From positions 5,811,474 through 5,875,473 of the forward strand of contig NC_057755.1 in assembly GCF_004010195.1 (NCBI RefSeq): DNA of 64,000 bases. Reading direction: 5' to 3'. The stretch is from Chiloscyllium plagiosum (Eukaryota). Made by a program: the position numbers and the translations under genes. Below the pieces are notes generated by a model. The model had not been told where the DNA came from, did no database searches, and saw nothing but the letters and a program-made list of their open reading frames with translations. Shown piece after piece: positions 53,243-64,000 of this stretch; positions within the stretch are counted from its first letter, which is position 1; each line of letters begins with the position of its first letter.

Positions 53243-54781
53243 AGAATATAAATAAAGAAAACGCAAACATTCCCTTCCTCTCAATGAAGTTATACTTTCG
53301 TTTTTACTCTTACCTTTATTTCCTTCACATCGTGGCATTTTGAAGACTGTGGAAAAAATAAAAATATGCGAAATATGAAGGCAGAATGGGCTGAATGCCT
53401 CCATTCTAATTTGTAACAAATTCGATGATTTTGTGAATTAACTGGCTCCATTAATGAAACCGATTCTTCACAGTTACATGAAAATGCCCCTAGGCGATTC
53501 TATACAAAACCATAATATACAAGTTAAATGTTCTCATTCATAGAAAGACCTGAGAACATCGATGTTTTGTATCAGCAGGACTGTGATGTTTGAGTTGTCA
53601 CCACCTTTGTCGTAAAAGTACATTTCCTTCCTGTTTTGCTTTCTTTTAACGTTGGTCAAAGACATGCTGTTCAGGTTGAGTGCCAAGTAGAGATTAAATG
53701 AAACGGGAATTATGTCAAATTCATATTCTGCTAAATGTTTTTTTTTCTCACATTAAGGTTGGCAAAATTAATGCTGTTAGCTGTTGCAAGTTCAATATTA
53801 CAAAATAAATCCCACCAAAGTTCCAGTAATGTCCTCTGGAAGTTGATCACCACAGAACTGAGTGCAGAAGAATTGCAAATTTTCAAAGTCCTCTGCACAC
53901 TTTGTTTTACCACTCATTTTAGTATTATCGAAAACATTGATAACTATACGTGGTACTCAATTCCAAATGGTCTCTGTGAATTGTGAATAATTACTTTCCC
54001 AACACTGACCCATGAGGTACACCACTAGTTATTGTTTGCCAAACACAATAGTACTCATTTATACCTCGCCTCTTTGTTTCTGATGACTTAACCAATTCTC
54101 TAGCCTTGCTAATATACTGCCAGAACAACGTGCATCTTTATCTTATGAACCAGCCTTTTCTACCCATTTATCGAGTGTTTTTTGGAAATCTTGACACACC
54201 TCATCTGATGTGACCCCGTTGTACACCATTCTCGTTGTGTCTTAGAGAATCACGACCTGTCCTTTATGAGCCCTTGTTCCTCCTGCCCAAAGGAATAATT
54301 TTTACCTGGTCGATTTTCCTATTCCTTCCTTGCGTTTTCCTAACTACAGACGTTAAGTGAAGCGGTCCATAATTCACCACCTTTTGTCTCCTTTTTTGAC
54401 AGATACTGGTGTCACATTTGTTATTTTGCAATAAGCTGGAGCTGCCCCAGAGATCAGTGAATTTCGGAAATTAAAGACGTAAAGCCTAGCAACTCATTCA
54501 GGCTACAATTTTCGATCCAAACATTATACGCAGCTTCATTTTTCAGGTCGCTTCCTTTATAATGTTGACATTGTAAAACCTTTTGGATTTATTACCTGGC
54601 TCCACACATATTCCAATTTCCAAAGTTACTTGGGATCAATTTTTTAGGAAAAAATTACATGGTTAAAAGAGAGCACATGCACGATCACAATGCTGCAAAC
54701 ACAGTGGGATCACCTGTTCGCTGTGTCTCCCCTTGTTGTCCAATGCGGTGTGGGATGGGGTGGGGAGATAAAGCCTCTTTA

Positions 54782-55092
54782 TCACTGGGCATTGTAGGGG
54801 GAGGTGGAGGAGAATGAAGACACACAGTCAAAACGCCAGTGCACTCTGGTGATGGGAGGAAAGGTACTTAATTGGGTAAAGTTCGAAAATATGTGGAGAG
54901 TAGAAAAACAGAGGGGGACAAACGCGGACAAATAGGGCTCCCCCCACCCCAAAGATCTGGGCAAAATTGGCAGGGGGCAAAATTGTTTAAGTGTATATTC
55001 TGGGGCGTACAATTTGGTTGGGGTGCATAAAATTGTGAGACGCAAAATAGTGGGCATTACAAGGATGTGGACATCAAATATGGAGGGGGAAT
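54782..55092 (-). CDS. Candidate phase-1 exon encoding a degenerate Ig C1/beta-2-microglobulin-like domain
   Basis: Acceptor ctgatctcccctacag|AT is in frame with an open 103-codon stretch: DSPSI...TILCTPTKLYAPEYTLK...FDCVSSFSS. The sequence here looks error-rich or decayed. Confidence 0.27.
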
Positions 55093-55319
55093 CTGTAGGG
55101 GAGATCAGTTCACGTAAGGGAATAAAGCTACCCCGAGAAGGCAATTAGACAGGAGGGTGAGGAGAGAGGGAGGAGATTTGTCAGGGAGTGGAAAACTGGG
55201 GACAGATACAATATCCCGGGGAAGGTAATGAGGTTTGTATTTGGGGAAAGGGACAAACCTGGAGGAGATCAAATATTGCCACTTTCACAGTGAGTGGGGG
55301 GAGTGGGGAGCGAAAAATG

Positions 55320-55645
55320 TGGAACAATTTCCCATGTCCAACGCCCCCTAACCTGCACATCCCTGTATACAATGGGGCAATTTAGTATGGGCAATTTAGC
55401 ACGGCTTATCCGCCCTAAACTGCACATCCCTGGACACTATCGGACAATTTGTACGGCCAATCAACCGTTACTTGCACATCTCTGGACCCAATGGAGCAGT
55501 TTATTGTGGCCAATCCACCTGAACTTGCACATTCCGGGACTATGGGAGGAAACGAGAACACCCGAAGGAGAGCCCGCAGAGGCGAAGAGAATGCGCAAAC
55601 GCCACACAGACAGTCGCCCGAAGGTGGGAATCGAACCCGGGTGGT
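55320..55645 (-). mobile_element. HE1-type SINE with ~4 tandem copies of an internal ~50-bp unit
   Basis: Repeated aac(c/t)tgcacatc(c/t)ctggac...ggcaatttag...ggccaatcc units. Confidence 0.65.
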
Positions 55646-55714
55646 AGGCATAAAAGAATGGGGAAGCAGTTTGGGGTTAGTCGCAGTTAGGAAGTCAGGG
55701 CGGCTGGGCAAGAA

Positions 55715-56300
55715 AGACAGAGAGAAAGAAAAAGGGACTGAGAGAAATATAAAGAGGAATAAAGAATAGAATGAGAGAACGAGAGAGAGAAGGAGTGAAA
55801 GAGAGAGGAGAGGGTAGAGAAAGAAGAAGAGAAAAAGAGATGGAGAGAAAGANNNNNNNNNNNNNNNNNNNNNNNNNNNNNNNNNNNNNNNNNNNNNNNN
55901 NNNNNNNNNNNNNNNNNNNNNNNNNNNNNNNNNNNNNNNNNNNNNNNNNNNNNNNNNNNNNNNNNNNNNNCAGAGAGATAGAGAGACAGAAAAAGAGAAA
56001 GCGATAAAGAGAGTGAAAGATAACGAGATAGGGAGAATAAGAGAGAGAGGAAGAGAGAAAGTCAGAGAGAGAAAGAGAGAGGGGAGAGAGAAAGAGAGAG
56101 CCACAGGGAGTTAGAGATTGAGGCACACACACACACAAAGAGAGATAGAGAGAAACAGAAAGAGACAGAGAGAGAAAGAGAACATAAGGCAAACAGGCAG
56201 AAAGATGAATGGAAAGAAACACTCTCTATTGGAGGATGAGTAAGACAGGTGCAGTGCGAGTGAAACAGAGACGGAGAGGGAAAGAGAAGGAGAGACAAAA
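55715..56300 (+). repeat. GA-rich low-complexity tract containing an assembly gap (N 55853-55970)
   Basis: Direct reading. Confidence 0.9.
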
Positions 56301-56437
56301 ATAAGTGAAGTGGAGAGAGCAAGGAGACAATCGTCACCATCCCAGCCGCTCCCGAGCCGCATGGTGCCACGCAAGACACGGAGATGTATTGAAACAACAC
56401 ACGTCATTCCACCTGTACTTAACTTCCTCTCCCCATG

Positions 56438-56438
56438 A

Positions 56439-56471
<33 letters not shown>

Positions 56472-56472
56472 A

Positions 56473-56505
<33 letters not shown>
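56438..56505 (+). repeat. (CT)n(GT)n compound microsatellite
   Basis: Direct reading. Confidence 0.9.
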
Positions 56506-56632
56506 ACGTAAAGCTTGAAGGATCAGATTCAAACACAGCCTACACACTTTCACTCACACACACAGACACTAACTCAGAGAGATAGCAAATCACCTAAAAC
56601 ACAGAGACAGACTCAGAGAGACAACAACTTAC

Positions 56633-56660
56633 TTGATAGAACCCTCTGGGTACTCCACAT
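56633..56660 (-). CDS. Candidate first coding exon (MWSTQRVLS + 1 nt) of an unidentified small gene
   Basis: Kozak-like gccATG, 28 coding nt, strong donor CAA|GTAAGT. Confidence 0.35.
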
Positions 56661-56668
56661 GGCAAAAG

Positions 56669-56699
56669 GCTGATGGCTGCCTGGGGCCAGGTTTAAATA
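56669..56699 (-). promoter_or_regulatory. Candidate TATA box (TATTTAAA, 56699-56692) and Inr (TCAG, +1 at ~56671)
   Basis: TATA lies 28 nt upstream of the Inr, followed 11 nt later by gccATG and then a GTAAGT donor. Confidence 0.45.
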
Positions 56700-57289
56700 T
56701 CCCCAGGTCTGCCTCAGAAACCCTATCTCCTCCCACATCACAGCTCCAAACTCTCACTACCTAGCTTCCAGGGGGACTGGGAGAAAGCAGCAGGTCAATT
56801 GTTCAGACAAGTGCTGTGCCTTTTCCTTCCCCCCACGCACACTCAGCTGCAAGTTCACAACCTGAGCATCCCAAGATACAGACTCTCAACACAAAATGAC
56901 AGTAGTGTTCTCCACAAACTTACCACAAGACGATTGCACAACTTAACACACAATGCTTTGTAAAAATTGAGGCAATATTTTTGCCCAGGTGAGCACGGGC
57001 TTATTTCACAAGAGGTTAAAATTTATATTTGACTTTCTTAGTTCCTGCTCGAACCATCGATTGCAAATGTGCAAATCTCTATCCATGTCATGATGAGCTT
57101 TAGCTCTGCCTGATTGGGAAATCGGACTGTGGCAGATGTTTCTCGAAGTCATATCTGATTTTCTGTTCGTTCAGGAACTTACAAAATCGAAACAAAATGA
57201 TATTTTGCAGCTGGAAAACCAGAAAAGACCGAGGGATTATTAGCTTTCCTGGACATATGGTTTCATTATAATAGAAAGTTTCAGCACTG

Positions 57290-57900
57290 TGTCCTGACAT
57301 CCGCCATTCAATAAGATCATGGCTGATGTTTTTGTCGCCTCAGCTACACTTACCTGCCCTTTAACTGTAACGCTTCGTTAATTTACTGTTCAAAAATCTA
57401 TCCATCCTAGCCCTAAAGTTCAATGAGGAACCCTCAGCTACTTACGGGGCAGGGACTTGCACAGATTCACAAACCTCTGGGTTGAGAAGGTCCTTCTCAC
57501 ATCAGTTCTAAAGCAGCTCCCCGCCTCACCCCAATTTGGCTGCTATTCCCTTTTGTTCTAGTTTCACTTGCAAGTGGTAACATCGTGCCAATTTAGATCT
57601 TATCTATTCTCCTCATACTTTTGTTTGTTTCTTTTAGATTTCCCCCTTCATTATCCGAAATTCCAATGAATATGATCCCAGTCTACTCAGTCGCACCTGA
57701 GAAGCCAACATGCCCCCCCCCCCCCCCCCCCGCCAACTCTGGAATCAACCTAGTGAACCTCCTCTGCACCCCTTCCAGTGCCAATATATAATTTCTCAAG
57801 TAAACAGACCAAAACTGTACGCAGTACCCTAGGTGTGCCATCACCACACTAGATATATCTACAGCATAATCACTCTGTTTTCAACTCAATCCCTCCAGTT
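57290..57900 (-). mobile_element. CR1 3' fragment
   Basis: Reverse complement similar to 39270-39840. Confidence 0.7.
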
Positions 57901-59558
57901 GCAGAAGGAGCTACATGTGCCCATTGCTATTAAGGATATCAAGGGTTATGGAGACTAAGTGGGAATAGGATATTGGAAACGCATTATCACCTATTATCGT
58001 GCAGTCCTGAACGGTTTACCTCTTATTCTCAGACTGTGATACCCTATTTCTGGAATCGCCCAACATGGGGAATACTCTTCCCACATAGGTGGAAATGTGG
58101 TGCAGGCTCGAATTGCCTCTTCCTGCATCTATTTCTTACGTTCTATGTTTTACAACGTCTGTGTGCTCAGCACAAGACTTGAAATATTTAGTTTGTCTCT
58201 CTCTCCACGAATGCTGCATGATCTACTGAGTATATCCGGCACTTTATTATTAGCATTCTATTAAGCATACAAAAGTTTGTTATCAACACAATCTTGCGTC
58301 AAATTAGAACTCAAAATGGGCTTTAGATTAGTATGACAGGGCGGCGCAACATCGAGGGCCGAAGGGTCTGTACTGCACTGTAATTTTCTATGTTCAATGT
58401 CAGAATCTGACGACACCAGGTTACCGTCCAATGGGTTTATTTGGAACGACAAGCTGTGGGAGCGCTTCCTCAGGTGAAGTCAATGGAAGTTAAAATTGAA
58501 CAGTAGTGTAACCGGCCATATGAAGTTGTTATGTGAACGTCCTTACCCGCTAAAATAGATGAGAATTGGAACAATTGTGAAGAAAAGGATGAAAAAGATT
58601 CAATCATTTCGTTTTGCCAGAGTTTTCAAGTGCACGTATTTGAGAGATAATTGAGAGTTGTGCCTGCTGGGCAGTCTTACAAAAGCAAGAAACATTGTTC
58701 GAGGATTTATCTTTGATACAGAGGGGTAGACCCTCTTCCAGGTTTACTGAGATAGCAATCATTACTTGGTGAATCAGGTTACAGAATTAATGGAAACAAT
58801 GCCAATCAGATTTCACGCTCACGCAGTTTCTCTCAGGACCTGCTGAGCAGGTCGATTAGATTTCCTCTCAATATTCAGTCAGACGTGAGATTAGTGATGT
58901 AGAGGGAATTCAGTCAGCTCCCATGTTTGTTTTAAGTTCAACTTAAATATACGCACTAATGTTGAAAATTGTATTCCACCAGAATGATAAGTTAACCCAG
59001 GTGGCACAATAGGTCATCCCATAGCGTAGATTTGAAGAGCCCAAAAATATGATATCGAATATCATATTGGAATTCAATTAGCTATTTACATTTATTCAAT
59101 AAGTTAATTGAATAATCACACGTTCACGAACACAGTCACATCGCAGAGAGCTGGGCAGAAACCCTGAGCAATATTCGCTCATACTTGGAATTTAATTACT
59201 GAAGGGCAACAGCAAAACTCAGAAAATTATGGCAGCGTGAATAGAAAATGCTTGTGGTTTTCAGCAAACAACACTTTCTCGAAAACCAACATTAACATTG
59301 ATAAATAGGCGAAATGTGACTAACCAAATTATGTAAATGATTCCAAGTGTTAAATACATTTTAACACAACAGCGAGTGAACTTGTGGTTTTAGCTGTGTT
59401 CATTTCTGCTTTTGTAAATTTAAGTTGAAGATGTTGTGATCTCAGTATTTCCTGGAGGTGCAAACCTGATAAAATCAAATCGTCTGTGATTGTCATGAAT
59501 CGGTTATGATGCAGCGATGTTCCGACAATACGGAAGGATAGAAACCTTAAACGGAAAC

Positions 59559-62330
59559 ACGTTTGATACGTTTATTGCTTTCATGAAAATTTATTATGCA
59601 ACACTTGCTCTTCTGGATGTTCCTGGTGAATTATTGATGTGTTGAAGATATGTGTGAGAAATGTTCTGTAATTTATATTTCAACTTGAATGACAAAACTA
59701 CATGTGAGGGTCTTTTTATTTATTTACTGAATTCAAAACTCCTTAGTTTTAAACGTCTCCTGAATTTTAAGTTTTATTCCATTGAAGTGATGAAGATAAT
59801 CATTTTCCTAGAGATCATAGAACGGCCATTTTGTCACCATTTAAGGAAAAGTCTTGGACTGGTGAAATGATCCTGAGTATCAGGAATTTTATGAGACTTT
59901 TTTTCTCTGTCAGTAAATACGTATTTTTCAGTGTAAAATTCAAGCAAGTAACAGTCAATTTCAGGAGCAAGATGTCTTGCTGCCTTTTTTCACCTCTATT
60001 GGGGACGTCTACTCCTGTGGATTTACAGTGTTTGTGAAATCCCACGGGCACTGGATGAAATATATTTCACACCATCATCTCAAACCCTGTTTATCCTGTC
60101 AGTGGACCTGTGCTGATGGGTCATTCCGTCTTTTTATATTTCTTGATCAATCTGTAGCTGTCGTTCAGAGAGTTACACTCCCGTGAGGAGAGATTCCTGT
60201 ACTTCAATAACATAAACAATGGAAACTGAGAACACTTATATCTTACTGAGTGCAATGAATAACGCCTTCAGTAAATTAGATGAAATGGGATAAATTGAAT
60301 TTTTTGCACAGATCTTGTGTCAGGTTGGAACATTAGATATTATATAATTTGCAGATAACAGCTAGGAATGTTCTCCAGACAAAAATCAAATTGTCCACAA
60401 GACCATGTGTTTTTGCCAATACTTATCATCAACTTAGAGTTATACCACCGAGTGGAGGCTCTCCAAGCAATGAATTTGTGTTCATGTATCTGCACTAATC
60501 CCTCTCCTGAACTTGAGATACAGCTTTCAACGTTAGGACATGTCAAGTGCTTACCCAGGTACTTTGTAAAGATTATATGGTTTCCTGCTTAGGTTGCCCT
60601 CCCTCACAGTCCATTCCAGACCCTTACCACCCGACTCTGAGTGGAAACACTCCTCCCCAATTCTTCTCAATACCTCCTATCTTTCACTTTAAAATAAGGC
60701 AATTGACCCTTCAACATAGGGGACAGCTGCTGTACATCCACCCTGTGTTAGCATCAAAGGATCAAAGAGTCGAACAGTATGGAGACAGGCCCTTCAGACA
60801 AACCGCTCCCTGCTGCCCAAAATGTCCTTCCACAGTATCCCCATTTCCCTGCACGAGGCCCATATTACTCTAATACTTTCCTATCCATGTACTTGTCCAA
60901 ATGCCTTTCAAATGTTAAGACACTCACCACAACCACTTCTGCTGGCAGCTCATTCCATATGCGTACCACTTTCTATGTGAAGAATTTGCCCCTCATGTTC
61001 CCTTTCATTCTTTCCCATTCCACATTAACTAATGCCCTGGATCCCCGATCCCTGGGAGAAAAGCCTGAATGCATTCACACTATCCATGCCTTTCTGTGCC
61101 CCTCAGAATCGCATACAGCTCTTGTACACCCCTCCATCCTCCTTTTCTCTGCGTATTGCGTAACATCTGAATCCGTCACGCTAATTGTATTAACTGAGTA
61201 AATTGCGAAGTAAACATCTATGTATCAGTGGTGTTGTCCTCAATCAAGAGGTCGATGGAATACATAATGATAATTGCGAACATTGAAGTAGCTTGAAATT
61301 TTTAATTCAAATTGGGATTTGTTACTAAAATACTGCACGCTACTCACTTGGACAATGAACTAATGAAACGAACAGATACTAATTTTCCTTTCTGTCTTTT
61401 AGTGAATCTAATGGCGATTGTGCTCCTCTCTCGAGGAAAGTGTGGTCTCTCAAAGTGCATCACTTTCTAACTGATGGTCATGGCATTGGCAGATCTACTT
61501 TTCTTTATCACTGCGGAAATTCTGCGGCAGATCATTTATTATTATTTCGAAGGTACTTTTCTGGACATTTCTCCAGAATGCAGTATTATCAACATCCTGA
61601 GTAGGGTAGCCACTGATTATTGTGTATCGTTCACTGTCAATTTCTCCTTTGATAGATTTGTAGCCGTTTGTTGCCAGAAATAGAAAACAAGTTTTCTGCA
61701 GATAAAAGTGCAGTGGGAATGCTAATGAAAGCCAGCATTCTATTCTATTTAAAGAACATTCCAAATTATTTCACACTTGAACCTCGATTAGTCACTGATC
61801 ATGTCCACTGGTTCTGTGATGCAAAACCAGAGTACTTTACTTAGCCTGAATGGGTGGGATTCGATTAGTTTGATACATTCTTAACTCCATTTCTCCCATT
61901 TATTTTAATTCTCATGCTCGATACTCTTACAGTTAGACACGTTTTCGGGGCCATTCGAGTCTGAAAGGGATTGATATGTCAGAGCAAGAGATTGAGATAT
62001 AGTGACTCAGAGATAGAGAGTAGAATAAAGTCTGTGATTTAACTGTTCATAGTATCGGGCAGTTTCATTCTTCTGTGGCTGACGTATGTTGTAGAATTTT
62101 TATATTGTAATATGACAGTAACGGACCATAAGGATTACACAGAGTCAGAAAACATTTTTGAAAATGTTGGTGATATGCTTCAGGTTTTGAAGTGCTGCAC
62201 AAACACAATTATTTATGGGGTGTCTCAGTCTAAGTTTAGAGAAGAGTTAACAACGTTGGTGAAATTTCCAATTACATTAATCAATGAACTGATTCATGAA
62301 CAAAACTGGACCATCTCAGAGGCGTATTGA
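59559..62330 (+). pseudogene. GPR139-like pseudogene, close paralog of the intact gene (exon 1 59559-59625, exon 2 61403-~62330)
   Basis: Start codon is mutated ATG>ACG at 59559. Donor CCTG|GTGAAT and acceptor ttttag|TGAATCTA are retained. In-frame stops at 61468-70 (TAA) and 61681-83 (TAG), a 1-bp deletion just after, and further stops near 61842, 61866, 61962 and 62040. The rest is nearly the same peptide as the intact gene (DYTESENIFENVGDMLQ). Confidence 0.93.
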
Positions 62331-63329
62331 AATTCTTCCACATTATGAATGAGGTATGTAACTCATTCTCAAAAGTGAACCACACCGATAAGTAACAGGC
62401 ATTGTTTAATCTACTTTGTGTGGAGATACATTAGAAAGTTAGAAGAACGGAGCTATTTTATGAAGCATTCTCTATGTGTGACTGTGTGTTTGTGTGATTG
62501 TATGTGTACGTGTGAGAGAGATACTGTGTCTGAAGATGCATCAGGAGAGTATTTTGTGCATCTGTCTGTGTGCATTTCCGCATGTGAATGTATGTGTGGT
62601 TATATGTGCATGTATGTCTGTACGTGTGTGTGTGTGTGTTTATAAGTGAGTGTCTGTGTGTGTCTATACACGAGTGTGTGAGACAGTGTTTACCTTGTGA
62701 TGAGTCATCAAGTTGCAAAATTAGTCACGTTACACAGAACTAAAGGGATAATTGCAGCTGACATCTCACCCATATATAGGGATATATACATATATATATA
62801 ATTTTAGACATGCTTTTAAAGACTGTTTTCTTTTTATTTCCAACGAAAAATCATTGCTCTCTGACCATCCATATCCAGATGGTGCTGAGGGCGATTCCTG
62901 TGGCACAAGACGATGGTAAGGGCTTCAGTACATTTATGGATCATGATCAACTGATTCCTACAGTTCTGGTGTATGAGTTGGTGATTTCACGGAGCAGGAG
63001 CGATGTTGTCTCTTCAGGCCCTCTCTGTCATTCCCTAATGTCACAGTTAACTGTGGTTTCCCTGATTTTTATGTTTCCATCTGTTGATGATAATATTCGA
63101 TTCCTTAACTTGACAAGACTTTGTGTAAATTTAGATCAGATTGCCTACAGTCAGGAAACAGGTCATTTGGCGCAACAAGTCCATACCGACGCTCTGAATA
63201 GTAACTCACCCAGACCCATTCCCATAGCCTGTGTTCATACCTGACCATTACACCTAAAACTATGGGCAATTTGGCATGACCAATTCACCTGACCTGCATG
63301 TCTTTGGATTGTCAGAGGAAACCGGAGCA

Positions 63330-64000
63330 AATAGCAAAGAACAAAGAACAAAGAAAATTACAGGACATGAACTGGCCCTTCGGCCCTCCAACCCTGCATT
63401 GATTCACATCCTCTATCTCAACTGCACACTATGTTCGAAAGAACTGTATCCATTTGCTCGCTGCCCATTCATATATCTGCCTGGATATATCCTCAATGAT
63501 GCTATTGTTTGCGCCTCTACTAACTTCGCCCCTACTACCTACTGCATAATGACATTTCTGCATGTATCTCCCCTAAACGTTTCCTCTCTCAGTTTGAACT
63601 CGTGACCCCCAGTAATTGAGTTCCACACTCTGGGAAAACGTTTCTCGCTTTCCACCATATCTAGACCCCTCGTGACTTTGTAGACCTCAATCAGGCACTC
63701 CCCCCTACTGAAAATAATCCTAATATCTTCAACTCTCCTCCCAGTTAGTGCCCTCTATGCCAGGCAGCATCCTCACGAATCTGATCTGCATAGTCTCCAA
63801 AGCATTCATTTGGTAATGTGGTGATCAGAACTGGGCACAATATTGCAAACGCGGCTGAACCAACGTCCGAAACAACTGTAACATGACCTGCCAACTCTTG
63901 TAATCAACACCCCTTCCAATGAAGGAAAACATGCCTTGTGAATTCTTGACCACTTTACTCAACTGCGTTGCCACCTTCAGGGTGCAAAGGACCTGAACAC
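63330..64000 (-). mobile_element. Older CR1 3' portion (counterpart of 29045-29550 + 33655-33855)
   Basis: Tail caaagaacaaagaacaaagaa; colinear with the left arm but lacking the 4.1-kb nested insertion. Confidence 0.78.

Noticed and set aside
55415..56222. Long Ser/Leu-rich or Arg/Glu-rich ORFs
   Set aside because: GA low-complexity sequence spanning an N gap.
62810..63244. 144-aa ORF sharing MSQLTV…FMFPS.D.NIRFL with ORF 33951-34145
   Set aside because: The similarity is explained by the segmental duplication. ORF limits differ and run into a SINE.

Overview
Repeat-rich vertebrate genomic DNA, most likely from a cartilaginous fish. This is inferred from HE1-type tRNA SINEs, HER1/CR1 LINEs with (TTCTATG)n tails and Penelope elements of the shark type. 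The main content is a birth-and-death cluster of GPR139-like class A GPCR genes. One copy is an intact two-exon gene (minus strand, exons 37680-37614 and 35827-34920, 324 aa). Five copies are dead or partial: about 3634-5238 (-), 22010-22883 (-), 40955-41290 (+), 48361-49940 (+) and 59559-62330 (+). The copies were duplicated together with kilobases of non-coding flank. The intact gene and the 59.6-62.3 kb pseudogene are the two arms of an inverted segmental duplication. Several copies were disrupted by retroelements. The window also has two 5'-complete CR1 insertions with target-site duplications, a Gmr1-like LTR relic (integrase before RT), and Penelope elements carrying hammerhead-ribozyme motifs. 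Next to an assembly gap there is a tentative TATA/Inr-driven small gene that may encode an Ig C1-like domain. All alignments were done by eye, so repeat boundaries are approximate.
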